Below are positions 28,949 to 38,747 of a stretch of 50,441 nucleotides of DNA, piece by piece. Every line of letters starts with the position of its first letter. Within the stretch, counting starts at the first letter, position 1. Source of the DNA: Methylococcaceae bacterium (GTDB taxonomy: Bacteria; Pseudomonadota; Gammaproteobacteria; Methylococcales; Methylomonadaceae); NCBI GenBank assembly GCA_947506155.1, contig CANNNV010000001.1, positions 1-50,441 on the forward strand, written 5' to 3'. The notes under the pieces were generated by a model. The model was not told where the DNA came from and did no database searches. It saw nothing but the letters and a program-made list of their open reading frames with translations. A program made the translations under genes and the position numbers.

Positions 28949-29959
28949 ATGACTGACAATTTAATGAACGATACCCAGCTATTGCTGACTATCGCCATAC
29001 CAACCTATAACAGGGCTTCCTATCTTGATCTTTGTTTAAAGCGTATCAGCGAGGAGCTTGATAGCCTAAATGAAGATCAACGTAAATTAATCAAAGTTTA
29101 CGTCTCGAATAACGCTTCAACAGATGATACAGATAAAATAGTATCCCAATATCGGTTGATGCAAGCTGGGGCATTCGAAGTTGTATGCAATCGGGAGAAT
29201 ATTGGAGCGGATTTTAATATTGTGCAATGTTATTCCTCTGCTATCACGCCTTATGTTTGGGTGTTGGGCGATGATGATGTGATACTTCCGGGAGGATTGA
29301 AGAAGGTTCTTGACGTTTTATTAAAAAACGATGTAGATATTTTGTATTTAAATAATTACTGGTTTAAGGATGACTATACCGAGAAGCTGGTTCGTTACGA
29401 AAAACGAGACATTTTAAGATGTAAGGATTCAGTTGATTTTGCCCGGAGGACGAATGTGATGCTGACTTTTATTTCTGGACTGATAGTGCGTAGTGGCATT
29501 GGTCTTGAGCATTTCTCAGATGTCTTACATGGCAGCAATCTTTCACAATTAGGGTGGGTGCTGCCGCTATTGCGAGAGGGTAAATGTTTTGTCGTTGTTG
29601 AAGATGTAGTGGTCGCTGCGAAAGGATCAAATTCGGGTGGTTATGAATTGGTTAAGGTATTCGGAAATAATTTGAAGAAAATTACAGATAGTATTTTGCA
29701 GAACAAGCCAAAACTAGCCAGAGCCATTCAAAATGGTGCTATCGTAAATTTTTTCCCAGCTTCTATTCTAGAATTTCGAAAAGGAGTTAGTCGATATTCA
29801 GATAAGAATATGGTTAAGGGATTGGAAGAAGCATTTTCTGACAATTGGAGATATTACATTTTTCTCTCGCCATTAATTTTCTTGCCACTACCGATGGCGG
29901 GTTTTTATCATATGCTGCTCAGAGTCTTTCGTCGTCTTTTTGGCTCAGTTATAGTGTAA
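28949..29959 (+). CDS. GT2 glycosyltransferase (RfbV/abequosyltransferase-like)
   Basis: 'LLTIAIPTYNRA.YL', 'NNASTDDT', 'NIGADFN', 'YVWVLGDDD', 'TFISGLI'. Confidence 0.85.
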   Translation: MTDNLMNDTQLLLTIAIPTYNRASYLDLCLKRISEELDSLNEDQRKLIKVYVSNNASTDDTDKIVSQYRLMQAGAFEVVCNRENIGADFNIVQCYSSAITPYVWVLGDDDVILPGGLKKVLDVLLKNDVDILYLNNYWFKDDYTEKLVRYEKRDILRCKDSVDFARRTNVMLTFISGLIVRSGIGLEHFSDVLHGSNLSQLGWVLPLLREGKCFVVVEDVVVAAKGSNSGGYELVKVFGNNLKKITDSILQNKPKLARAIQNGAIVNFFPASILEFRKGVSRYSDKNMVKGLEEAFSDNWRYYIFLSPLIFLPLPMAGFYHMLLRVFRRLFGSVIV

Positions 29960-30046
29960 CTGAATAAGTAGGAAACTGTGATGCCGGCTTAGGCCTATAT
30001 ACTGCCCATACGTTTGAAGTATTATTTTCGTTGAACATAATAAATT

Positions 30047-31147
30047 ATGATTAAAGATGTAAGCTGTAAAAAAGCAGCGCGCGTAATTGCTTTTTATCTA
30101 CCCCAATTTCACCCCACTCCTGAAAATGATGAGTGGTGGGGCAATGGTTTTTCCGAATGGACCAATGTCGCCAGTGCCAAACCCTTGTTTGAGGGGCATG
30201 AGCAACCTGTTATTCCAGCGGATTTGGGATTTTATGATCTCAGATTGGCTGAAACTAGAGTGGCACAAGCAGAAATGGCTGCGGCTTTCGGGGTAGAAGG
30301 TTTTTGCTATTGGCATTACTGGTTTGGTGGTCGGCGTATGTTGGAGCGACCGTTTAATGAAGTGCTTTCCTCCGGTTCACCAGACTTTCCCTTCTGTTTG
30401 GGATGGGCCAATCATTCGTGGAATGGGATATGGAAAGACGAACCCCATCGATTATTAATTGACCAGACCTATCCCGGCGTAGCGGATGACAAGGCGCATT
30501 TTGATTACCTGTTAACGGCCTTTCGAGATCAGCGTTATATAACCGTGGATGGAAAGCCGCTATTTGTCATTTTTAAGCCTACCGACATTCCTGATGCAAA
30601 AAAGCGATTTGATTTTTGGCGCGAGTTAGCGTTGCAGGCAGGACTTAAAGGCTTACATATTGTAGGCATTAATATGTTGGACTTTAAAGATGCCGCTGCT
30701 CTTGGGCTAGATGCCGTCATATTATCCACACTCGCGGTGACCAATACAGCGAATTCGGTAGTTAATGAAGCGACAAGGATCATCTGGGGTGTCAGAAGGC
30801 GCTTGTCGTTGGGTGGTCCGCGCATTGTCGAGTATAGCGAAGCGATCAAACATTTGGTCCCTGATCTCAAGCAGTTTGATTGTCAGTCCTATCCTTGTGC
30901 CTATCCCAATTGGGATAATACGCCTCGCAAGGGGCGCAAAGGATTGGTGCTGGCCAATTCAACGCCTGCACTTTTCGAAAACCATTTAACCAATGCCGTG
31001 AATGCACTAGGTGACCGCGAAGATGAACACAAACTGGTGTTTGTGAAATCATGGAACGAGTGGGCAGAAGGCAACCATTTAGAGCCTGATACCAAATGGG
31101 GCTTGCAATATTTGCAGGCACTTAAGCGAGTGCTTGATGAGCCGTAA
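30047..31147 (+). CDS. WbsX family / GH99-like domain glycosyltransferase
   Basis: 'IAFYLPQFHPTPENDEWWG.GFSEWTNV', 'LGFYDLR', 'FCYWHYWF', 'PNWDNTPR', 'SWNEWAEGNHLEPD'. Confidence 0.88.
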   Translation: MIKDVSCKKAARVIAFYLPQFHPTPENDEWWGNGFSEWTNVASAKPLFEGHEQPVIPADLGFYDLRLAETRVAQAEMAAAFGVEGFCYWHYWFGGRRMLERPFNEVLSSGSPDFPFCLGWANHSWNGIWKDEPHRLLIDQTYPGVADDKAHFDYLLTAFRDQRYITVDGKPLFVIFKPTDIPDAKKRFDFWRELALQAGLKGLHIVGINMLDFKDAAALGLDAVILSTLAVTNTANSVVNEATRIIWGVRRRLSLGGPRIVEYSEAIKHLVPDLKQFDCQSYPCAYPNWDNTPRKGRKGLVLANSTPALFENHLTNAVNALGDREDEHKLVFVKSWNEWAEGNHLEPDTKWGLQYLQALKRVLDEP

Positions 31148-32063
31148 TCATGTTACAACGATTGTTGTTATCGGCGCATCCGGTTTCATTGGTGAGCATC
31201 TTTTAACGGTTCTTGCGGACGTTAAGGATATAGATATTAGAGCATTGGTACACCGTAAACAAGCAAGCAAGCACCGCAATACTAACGTCATAAATGCGGA
31301 TTTACTCAAGCCCGAAACTCTGGATGCCTTGTTCAGCGACAATTGTACGGTTATCAATCTCGCTTATCTTGAGCAGGGTAATCTTGATGCGATGGTTAAC
31401 CTTGCCAAGGCTTGTGCCAGGAATAAAATTCGGCGTTTGATTCATTGCAGCACAGCTGTTGTTGTCGGAAATACGCATAGCGACAGCGTGACTGAAAATA
31501 CCTGTTGTGTGCCGATTTCAGAGTACCAGCAAACCAAGTTACAGATGGAAGCTATTTTGCTTGAAGCTGCGGCCGGAAAATTTGAGATTACCATTCTTCG
31601 CCCGACAGCCGTTTTTGGCCCGGGAGGTAAAAACTTGCTCAAGCTGGCCAATGAACTGAGCAAGGGAAATCGGTTGATCAACTATCTCAAGTCTTGCCTG
31701 TTTAATCGCAGAAGCATGAATTTGGTTTGTGTTGAAAATGTCGTTGCGGCACTGGTATTTTTGATTAATGCCGAAAAAATAGATGGTGAAGTGTTTATTG
31801 TTTCGGATGATGATGCGGGATGCAACAATTACCTGGACATCCAAAAACAGCTGATGAAACAGTTGAGGATTCAGGCTTTGCCGCTGCCCGTGATTCAGTT
31901 TCCGATGGCACTGTTGGCCGCAGTGCTGAGACTGGCAAATAAATCTCAGACCCATCCGGTTGTGAAATACAGCGATCAAAAGCTTGCTGGAGTGGGCTTT
32001 AAAAAACCAATGTCGCTTGAAACAGGGATAGATTCCTTCTCAAGCTGGTATAGAAACCAATGA
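31134..32063 (+). CDS. NAD-dependent epimerase/dehydratase
   Basis: 'IGASGFIG', 'HCSTA.V.G', 'YQQTK', 'ILRPTAVFGPG'. Confidence 0.85.
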   Translation: MMSRNHVTTIVVIGASGFIGEHLLTVLADVKDIDIRALVHRKQASKHRNTNVINADLLKPETLDALFSDNCTVINLAYLEQGNLDAMVNLAKACARNKIRRLIHCSTAVVVGNTHSDSVTENTCCVPISEYQQTKLQMEAILLEAAAGKFEITILRPTAVFGPGGKNLLKLANELSKGNRLINYLKSCLFNRRSMNLVCVENVVAALVFLINAEKIDGEVFIVSDDDAGCNNYLDIQKQLMKQLRIQALPLPVIQFPMALLAAVLRLANKSQTHPVVKYSDQKLAGVGFKKPMSLETGIDSFSSWYRNQ

Positions 32064-33178
32064 AAATCCTGAATGTTAATCATACGATAGATGCAGTATC
32101 CGGGGGAGGAACCGCAGAAAGGACAGTTCAGATGAGCCAGCAGCTTATTCTGAGCGGCATCGATTGCTCGATATTGACCATGAAAACGGCAGGGTCGTCG
32201 GCTAGAAAACTTCAGCAGGGAAACATCATAGCGTTGCCCAGTCTATCAAAACGTTTCCCGTTTCCACGCTGTGCTCGCGGTCGCATTAAACAGATAGTTG
32301 CTGAGCATGACATCATACACTTGATGGGCCACTGGACGATCTTGAATGCGATGGCCTATCTCGCCGCAGCAAGCCTCAATAAGCCTTATGTATTTTGTCC
32401 TGCAGGAGCGCTCCCGCTTTTTGGCCGGTCAGTGTGGTTAAAGAAAAGTTATAATTGGCTTATAGGCGGAAAAATCGCCAAAAACGCAGCTCAGTGCATT
32501 GCCATCACCGAGGCTGAAATCGATCAATTTCTCGACTATGGCGTGGCTAGAGACTGTATCCAAGTCATCCCTAATGCAGTCAATGCGGCTGATTTTGTAG
32601 TATTCAATGAAGCTGCCTTCAGAAGCAAGTATGGACTTGCCAATCGACAAATTATTCTTTTCTTTGGCCGGTTGAATCTGATCAAAGGACCGGATTTATT
32701 ATTGAGCGCCTTTTTTCAGCTTATGGAGAAATTTCCTGATTACGATCTTGTTTTCGCCGGACCTGATGATGGTATGCTTTCGCAATTGAAAGCGTCTGTC
32801 ACTCAACAGCAGGCAGACAGCCGGGTACATTTTTTGGGTTATCTGGGCGGCGAAGACAAATCCAGCGCCTTTCATGCCGCGAAGCTTCTCGCCATTCCAT
32901 CCAGACAGGAGGCTATGTCGATTGTTGTACTTGAGGCTGGAATTTGTGGAACGCCTTCATTATTCACCGACCAATGTGGTTTGAATGCGTTGGCGGAGGC
33001 CTGTTGCGGTTGGGTTGCGCCGGCCACGGTCGAGGGCTTGAAAAAAGGCCTGGAATCGGCCTTGTCGGACGACGTCAAATCCATAGGAATTAAAGCGCGT
33101 GATTACGTTGAAATTAATTTTTCGTGGACTGCCGTTCTTGAAAAATACAGACGGCTTTATGAAAACCTCATGAATTGA
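32060..33178 (+). CDS. GT4 glycosyltransferase
   Basis: 'GGGTA', 'VIPNAV', 'FFGRLNLIKGPDLL', 'PSRQEAMSIVVLEA'. Present stop codon lies in the end of the adjacent IS remnant. Confidence 0.88.
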   Translation: MKILNVNHTIDAVSGGGTAERTVQMSQQLILSGIDCSILTMKTAGSSARKLQQGNIIALPSLSKRFPFPRCARGRIKQIVAEHDIIHLMGHWTILNAMAYLAAASLNKPYVFCPAGALPLFGRSVWLKKSYNWLIGGKIAKNAAQCIAITEAEIDQFLDYGVARDCIQVIPNAVNAADFVVFNEAAFRSKYGLANRQIILFFGRLNLIKGPDLLLSAFFQLMEKFPDYDLVFAGPDDGMLSQLKASVTQQQADSRVHFLGYLGGEDKSSAFHAAKLLAIPSRQEAMSIVVLEAGICGTPSLFTDQCGLNALAEACCGWVAPATVEGLKKGLESALSDDVKSIGIKARDYVEINFSWTAVLEKYRRLYENLMN

Positions 33179-33315
33179 CATCCTCCCCCACCTAAAGGAA
33201 GGGGATTCCTAGTTTCCTAAGAGTGAGTATGTATCGCTACTGCTCACTGGTTTCTGCTGCTGACGGCATTACTGCACCGTTCACTTCACAGACTAGCCCC
33301 GCCTATCCGGCGGTT
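33175..33315 (-). ncRNA. TnpB omegaRNA (reRNA)-like scaffold
   Basis: Minus strand 'GCTAGTCTGTGAAGTGAACGGTGCAGTAATGCCGTCAGCAGCAGAAACC...AGGAATCCCC...GATGTCAA' matches the pattern I recognise at tnpB 3' ends; 5' boundary approximate. Confidence 0.65.
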
Positions 33316-33543
33316 ATTTTACTATATTTAATCGAATAGTCAGACTTTCACCTATCGCTTGGTTTTTGCTGAAAGTGATTTTGAAGTCTTTATTTTAAAA
33401 ACTAAATTGCCGTCGTAGAGCGAGCCTAAAGCGTCCTCTGATAGCAACTGCGAATAATTTTAACAAGCCGTGTATTATGAAGCAAGTAGAATTGAGCCGC
33501 TTACATCCCCGCCCTGAACGGTGGGGTTTTACGCTATTCTGTG
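33175..33543 (-). mobile_element. Non-autonomous IS200/IS605 derivative (PATE-like, 369 bp)
   Basis: Minus strand: TTTAT | CACAGAATAGCGTAAAACCCCACCGTTCAGGGCGGGGATGTAAGC (left-end hairpin) ... GGAATCCCCTTCCTTTAGGTGGGGGAGGATGTCAA (right-end hairpin, TCAA end). No tnpA/tnpB ORF. Removal restores ATG AAA TAA AC ATG coupling of the flanking genes. Confidence 0.88.
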
Positions 33544-33549
33544 ATAAAC

Positions 33550-34779
33550 ATGAAAAAAATTTTAATCGTTAGCCAATATTTCTGGCCGGAAAGTTTTCGC
33601 ATCAATGACGTTGCGAGAACCTTGCTGGAAAAGGGAGTCGAAGTCGAGGTACTGACAGGTAAACCGAACTATCCGCAGGGAAAGATATTTCCAGGATATA
33701 AAGCCTGGGGCTGCCAGCGAGAAACCTATCAAGGCCTTAATATCAACCGCCTGCCTTTGTTGGCTAGAGGCCGGGGCGGAGTGCGCTTGGCGCTGAATTA
33801 TGTGTCTTTTATTGTGTCGGGCTTGATATTTGCGCCCTGGATGTTGCGCAATAAAAAATATGATGTCATCTTTGTTTATGCACCTTCCCCGATACTTCAG
33901 GCTATCCCTGCGATTTTCTTGGGCTGGCTGAAGGCTTGCCCTGTTGCGTTATGGGTGCAGGATTTATGGCCGGAGAGTTTATTGGCAACAGGGTATGTAC
34001 AAAACCGGGTGGTGCTTAAACTGGTCGAGCGAGTGGTGCGCCTCATTTACAAGCATACCGATTTGCTGCTGGTTCAATCAAAAGCATTCCTCGCTCCGGT
34101 TGCAGCGTTGGCCAAGGGCCAGCCTATTGTGTATTATCCCAACTCGGTTGAAGCGGCATTCTATGATTTTCCTGCCGTCTCCTTGCCGGATATTCCCAGT
34201 TTAGCAGGTAAATTTCCGGTACTGTTTGCCGGCAATGTTGGTGTAGGGCAGGCGGTTGAGGTCATTGTTGAGGCCGCAGAGTTATTGCGTGCTTATCCCG
34301 ACATCAGTTTTGTGGTGCTGGGCCAAGGCAGTCGATGGACGTGGTTGCAGGAGCAGGTTCAAACCCGAAACCTGAGTAATCTTCATCTTGCGGGAAGCTA
34401 CCCGGTAGAAACCATGCCGGGATTAATGCGGCAGGCCGCTGCATTATTGGTGACATTAGCCGACCAGCCAATTTTTGCTGCGACCATACCGAACAAAATT
34501 CAGGCTTACATGGCCGTCGGCAAGCCGATTTTGGCGTGCCTGAATGGCGAAGGTGCACGGATAGTCAGTGCAGCGAATGCCGGTTTGGCTATCCCGGCTG
34601 AAAATGCAGCAGCCCTTGCCGAGGGAGTATTGCATCTCTACAGGATGTCTGCCGAAGAACGAGAAAAAATCGGACAAAATGGACGTGAATATTTTCGTGA
34701 ACATTTCGATCATGAGCGATTAGTGAACCAGTTAATCGATCATTTGCATGAGTTAACATTGTCTTTTAAGGAAAAGTGA
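33550..34779 (+). CDS. GT4 glycosyltransferase (WbuB-like)
   Basis: 'KILIVSQYFWPE.FRIND', 'VLTGKPNYP', 'WVQDLWPES', 'FAGNVG.GQ', 'TIPNKIQAYMA.GKPI'. ATG 33550 chosen because GTG 33541 lies in the IS end. Confidence 0.88.
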   Translation: MKKILIVSQYFWPESFRINDVARTLLEKGVEVEVLTGKPNYPQGKIFPGYKAWGCQRETYQGLNINRLPLLARGRGGVRLALNYVSFIVSGLIFAPWMLRNKKYDVIFVYAPSPILQAIPAIFLGWLKACPVALWVQDLWPESLLATGYVQNRVVLKLVERVVRLIYKHTDLLLVQSKAFLAPVAALAKGQPIVYYPNSVEAAFYDFPAVSLPDIPSLAGKFPVLFAGNVGVGQAVEVIVEAAELLRAYPDISFVVLGQGSRWTWLQEQVQTRNLSNLHLAGSYPVETMPGLMRQAAALLVTLADQPIFAATIPNKIQAYMAVGKPILACLNGEGARIVSAANAGLAIPAENAAALAEGVLHLYRMSAEEREKIGQNGREYFREHFDHERLVNQLIDHLHELTLSFKEK

Positions 34780-35633
34780 TGAGAGTTTTGGTATTGGGCG
34801 CGAATGGCATGATAGGCAGTACCATGATTCGTGTTTTTAGTGAGCGCGATGATTGGGAGGTCTATGGGACAGTGCGCCAGGAAAGTGCCAAGCAGTATTT
34901 TTCGGCCAAAATCGCTGAGCGCTTGTTAGCTAATGTCGATGTGGCTAATTTTGATTCGCTGGTTGAGGCTTTGGCGCGCACACACCCTGACGTAGTGGTT
35001 AATTGTATTGGCGCGACTAAACATAAAGCCGGGGGCAATGAGCCCTTGATGGCTATACCGCTGAATGCCTTATTGCCTCACCGCTTGGCAACATTGTGTG
35101 CTGCGGCTCATGCACGGTTGGTGCATGTGTCTACCGATTGCGTTTTCTCCGGCAAGAAAGGGAACTATAGCGAAGATGATCTTCCCGATGCCGAGGATGT
35201 GTATGGAAAAACCAAGGCGCTAGGCGAGGTTGATTACCTTAATGCGATTACCTTACGTGCATCGACTATCGGACATGAGTTGCACAGCAGCTATGGTTTG
35301 CTGGATTGGTTTTTTACACAAAAAAATAGCTGCAAAGGCTTTAAACAAGCGCTATTTTCCGGCTTGCCGACGGTCGAGTTCGCCCGGGTGATCCGCGACT
35401 TAGTCATTCCTGACGCCAATTTGCACGGTCTTTACCAGGTTGCCGGGCCAATTATTGCAAAATATGAGCTGCTGAAACTGATTGCCGAGGTTTACGGCAA
35501 AGAAATCGAGATTATTCCCGAACATGAGTTTGTGCTTGACCGTTCGCTGAATGCGCGGCGTTTTCAGGTTGCGACCGGTTACCAATCACCGCAGTGGCCC
35601 GAGTTGATCAAGCTGATGCACGCTTATCAGTAA
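34776..35633 (+). CDS. RmlD-like SDR reductase (QnlA/WbvR-like, UDP-L-QuiNAc pathway)
   Basis: 'LGANGMIG', 'VVNCIG', 'HVSTDCVFSG', 'YGKTKALGE', 'FSGLPT.E'; adjacent to fnlA and a 2-epimerase gene. Confidence 0.8.
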   Translation: MMRVLVLGANGMIGSTMIRVFSERDDWEVYGTVRQESAKQYFSAKIAERLLANVDVANFDSLVEALARTHPDVVVNCIGATKHKAGGNEPLMAIPLNALLPHRLATLCAAAHARLVHVSTDCVFSGKKGNYSEDDLPDAEDVYGKTKALGEVDYLNAITLRASTIGHELHSSYGLLDWFFTQKNSCKGFKQALFSGLPTVEFARVIRDLVIPDANLHGLYQVAGPIIAKYELLKLIAEVYGKEIEIIPEHEFVLDRSLNARRFQVATGYQSPQWPELIKLMHAYQ

Positions 35634-35643
35634 TTAACAGAGA

Positions 35644-36660
35644 GTGAAGATGTTTAACGATAAAGTTTTAATGATTACCGGCGGAACCGGATCATTCGGC
35701 AACGCCGTGCTTAAGCGATTTTTGGCGACCGATGTCCGGGAAATTCGTATTTTCAGCCGCGATGAGAAGAAGCAGGAAGAAATGCGCATTGCGCTGAATA
35801 ATGACAAGCTGAAGTTTTACATCGGTGACGTCCGCAATTACGACAGCCTTTATCAGGCGATGAAGGGTGTGGATTATGTGTTTCATGCGGCAGCACTGAA
35901 ACAGGTTCCGTCATGCGAGTTTTACCCCATGGAAGCAGTACGTACCAATGTCCTTGGCACAGAGCATGTTATGGCTGCCGCTACTGCCAATGGAGTCCAG
36001 CGCGTCGTGCTGCTGAGTACCGACAAGGCAGTGTATCCGATCAATGCGATGGGCATATCCAAGGCCATGGCCGAGAAGCTGCTGGTTGCCAAAGCGCGGA
36101 TGCAGTGTGAGGGAGAAACTGTTTTTTGTGCGACACGCTATGGCAATGTGATGGCTTCGCGTGGTTCGGTTATCCCGTTGTTTGTCTCGCAACTGCAAGC
36201 AGGGCAGGCGCTGACGGTCACCGATCCCAATATGACGCGTTTTTTGATGTCGCTGGAGGATTCAGTGGATCTAGTGCTGTATGCTTATGAGCACGGTCAG
36301 CAGGGTGATATTTTCGTACAGAAAGCACCCGCAGCAACGTTGGCGGATTTGGCGCAAGCGCTCACTGAGCTATTTGGCGGAAAGGAACAGCCACGGATTA
36401 TTGGTACGCGGCATGGCGAAAAGCTTTTTGAATCACTGATTTCACGGGAAGAGATGGCGCGTGCCGAAGATCTGGGCGGGTATTACCGGATTCCTGCCGA
36501 TAACCGTGATCTCAATTATGCAAAATATTTTAGTGATGGCGAGGAAAAAATTTCTTGCCTCGATGATTACACATCTCACAATACCGATCGCCTGGATGTA
36601 GCGCAAGTGAAGGCATTATTACAGAATTTAGATTTTATTCAGGAACAACTTCATGCTTAA
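35644..36660 (+). CDS. fnlA: UDP-GlcNAc 4,6-dehydratase/5-epimerase (FnlA/WbjB/CapE-like)
   Basis: 'ITGGTGSFGN', 'FSRDEKKQ', 'HAAALKQVPSCEFYPMEAV', 'STDKAVYPINAMG', 'RYGNVMASRGSVIP', 'GTRHGEK'. Confidence 0.88.
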   Translation: MKMFNDKVLMITGGTGSFGNAVLKRFLATDVREIRIFSRDEKKQEEMRIALNNDKLKFYIGDVRNYDSLYQAMKGVDYVFHAAALKQVPSCEFYPMEAVRTNVLGTEHVMAAATANGVQRVVLLSTDKAVYPINAMGISKAMAEKLLVAKARMQCEGETVFCATRYGNVMASRGSVIPLFVSQLQAGQALTVTDPNMTRFLMSLEDSVDLVLYAYEHGQQGDIFVQKAPAATLADLAQALTELFGGKEQPRIIGTRHGEKLFESLISREEMARAEDLGGYYRIPADNRDLNYAKYFSDGEEKISCLDDYTSHNTDRLDVAQVKALLQNLDFIQEQLHA

Positions 36661-37789
36661 AGTGATGACTATCCTCGGGACTCGTCCCGAACTTATTAAA
36701 ATGAGCCGTGTAATCGCCGAGCTAGACCTGCATATGCAGCATATTCTGGTACACACAGGCCAGAATTATGATTATGAATTGAACCAGATTTTTTTTGAAG
36801 ATCTGGAAATTCGTAAACCCGATTATTTTCTGGAGGCCGTGGGGGACAACGTCGCGCAAACCATTGCCCAGGTTATTCAAAAATCCGATGCGGTGATGGA
36901 GCAGGAACAACCGGATGCAGTTTTACTGTACGGCGATACTAATTCCTGTCTAGCGGTTATCGCGGCAAAACGGCGTAAAATTCCGGTCTTCCATATGGAG
37001 GCTGGAAATCGCTGTTTTGACCAGCGGGTACCGGAGGAATTAAACCGCAAAGTGTTGGATCATTTGTCGGATATTAACCTGGTGTTAACCGAGCATGCCC
37101 GCCGTTATTTGATCGCCGAAGGCATCCGGCCTGAAACCATTATTAAAACCGGTTCGCACATGCGGGAAGTGCTGGATTATTATCTGCCAAAAATTTTGGC
37201 GTCCGATGTAGTTACGCGCTTATCCCTGGAACCAGGGAAATTCTTTCTGGTCAGTATCCATCGTGAAGAGAATGTTGACTCGGCGGAAGCTTTGCGGGAC
37301 TTGATGGAAACATTGAATGCGGTAGCTGCAAAGTATAATTATCCAGTACTGGTTTCTACTCACCCAAGAACACGTAAGCGCCTCGAGGAACTGGGCCTTT
37401 CGGCTATGGATGAACGGATTATCTTTGCCAAACCTTTCGGATTTTTTGACTACATCAAATTACAGATGGAAGCCTGTTGCGTTCTTTCCGACAGCGGCAC
37501 GATTACCGAAGAAACTTCCCTGCTGAACTTGTGTGCGATTACCCTGCGTAATGCCCATGAGCGCCCTGAAGGTATGGATGTCGGCACTTTGATTATGAGT
37601 GGCTTGAAAAAAGACCGGGTGCTCGAAGCCATCGACCTGGTGACTTCCCAATATCGGCGAACTGCCCGGGTGGTTTTACCGATTGCAGATTATGAAAATC
37701 CTCATGTTTCGACACAGCTGGTAAGAGTTGTCGCAAGTTACGTGGATTACATTAACCGGGTGGTATGGTCAAAGCCCGATGCCAAATAA
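36653..37789 (+). CDS. Non-hydrolysing UDP-N-acetylhexosamine 2-epimerase (FnlC/QnlB/WbjD-like)
   Basis: 'GTRPELIK', 'HTGQNYDYEL', 'GDTNS', 'HMEAGNRCFD', 'HREENVD', 'SDSGTITEE', 'HERPEG'. Confidence 0.88.
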   Translation: MLKVMTILGTRPELIKMSRVIAELDLHMQHILVHTGQNYDYELNQIFFEDLEIRKPDYFLEAVGDNVAQTIAQVIQKSDAVMEQEQPDAVLLYGDTNSCLAVIAAKRRKIPVFHMEAGNRCFDQRVPEELNRKVLDHLSDINLVLTEHARRYLIAEGIRPETIIKTGSHMREVLDYYLPKILASDVVTRLSLEPGKFFLVSIHREENVDSAEALRDLMETLNAVAAKYNYPVLVSTHPRTRKRLEELGLSAMDERIIFAKPFGFFDYIKLQMEACCVLSDSGTITEETSLLNLCAITLRNAHERPEGMDVGTLIMSGLKKDRVLEAIDLVTSQYRRTARVVLPIADYENPHVSTQLVRVVASYVDYINRVVWSKPDAK

Positions 37790-38747
37790 TACGGCTTCGG
37801 TGCTGGTTACCGGTGCTAATGGCTTTATCGGCAAAGCACTTTGCGCCGAGTTGCTTCGATTTGGGCACTCTGTACGTGCGGCAACGCGGTCTACCGAAAA
37901 TGCTCAGACCATAGCCATTGGTGAAATAAACGCCGAGACTGATTGGATGGATGTCTTATCCGGTATCAAAGTGGTTATTCATCTTGCGGCGCGAGTGCAT
38001 ATCATGAATGATAATTCAGACGACCGGCTGGATAAATTACGCAAAGTCAATGTTGACGGTACGCTTAATCTTGCCCGGCAGGCAATTCAAGCCGGCGTGC
38101 AGCGCTTTATTTTCATCAGTTCGATCAAGGTGAATGGTGAAGGAACCTTATTAAACCAGCCTTATGGCGCTGACGATTTGCCCGCGCCGATCGATGCTTA
38201 CGGCGTATCTAAACGCGAAGCTGAGGATGCGTTGCGCCAGTTGGCTGAGCAAACCGGCATAGAGGTGGTAATCATACGTCCACCTCTGGTTTACGGGCCA
38301 GGCGTCAAGGCTAATTTTCACAACATGATGCGTTGGCTGAAAAAAGGCGTGCCGCTACCTTTCGGTGCGGTTCATAATAAGCGCAGTTTTGTCGCGCTTG
38401 ATAATCTGGTTGATTTAATCGTAACCTGCATAAGCCATCCGGCAGCCGCTAACCAGACATTCTTAGCTGCGGACGGTGAGGATTTGTCGACTACCGAGTT
38501 GTTGCAACGTCTGGGTAAGGCCTTGGGTCAGCCTGTTCGACTGTTGCCTTTGCCGATCTGGGTCTTGAAAGCTGTCGCTATGTTGCTGGGAAAACCTGAT
38601 ATGGCCCAGCGTTTATGCATGTCATTACAGGTTGATATGAGTAAAACCGCTGATTTATTGGCTTGGAAGCCGCCAGTCAGCGTTGATGAGGCGTTGCAAA
38701 AAACGGCTACAGATTTTTTACAAAAATGCTTCCGCGAGTCCAGATGA
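37779..38747 (+). CDS. NAD-dependent epimerase/4-reductase (WbpV/WbpK-like)
   Basis: 'VTGANGFIG', 'HLAARVH', 'FISSIKVNGE', 'YGVSK.EAE', 'IRPPLVYGPGVKANF'. Likely ATG 37779. Confidence 0.85.
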   Translation: MPNNTASVLVTGANGFIGKALCAELLRFGHSVRAATRSTENAQTIAIGEINAETDWMDVLSGIKVVIHLAARVHIMNDNSDDRLDKLRKVNVDGTLNLARQAIQAGVQRFIFISSIKVNGEGTLLNQPYGADDLPAPIDAYGVSKREAEDALRQLAEQTGIEVVIIRPPLVYGPGVKANFHNMMRWLKKGVPLPFGAVHNKRSFVALDNLVDLIVTCISHPAAANQTFLAADGEDLSTTELLQRLGKALGQPVRLLPLPIWVLKAVAMLLGKPDMAQRLCMSLQVDMSKTADLLAWKPPVSVDEALQKTATDFLQKCFRESR

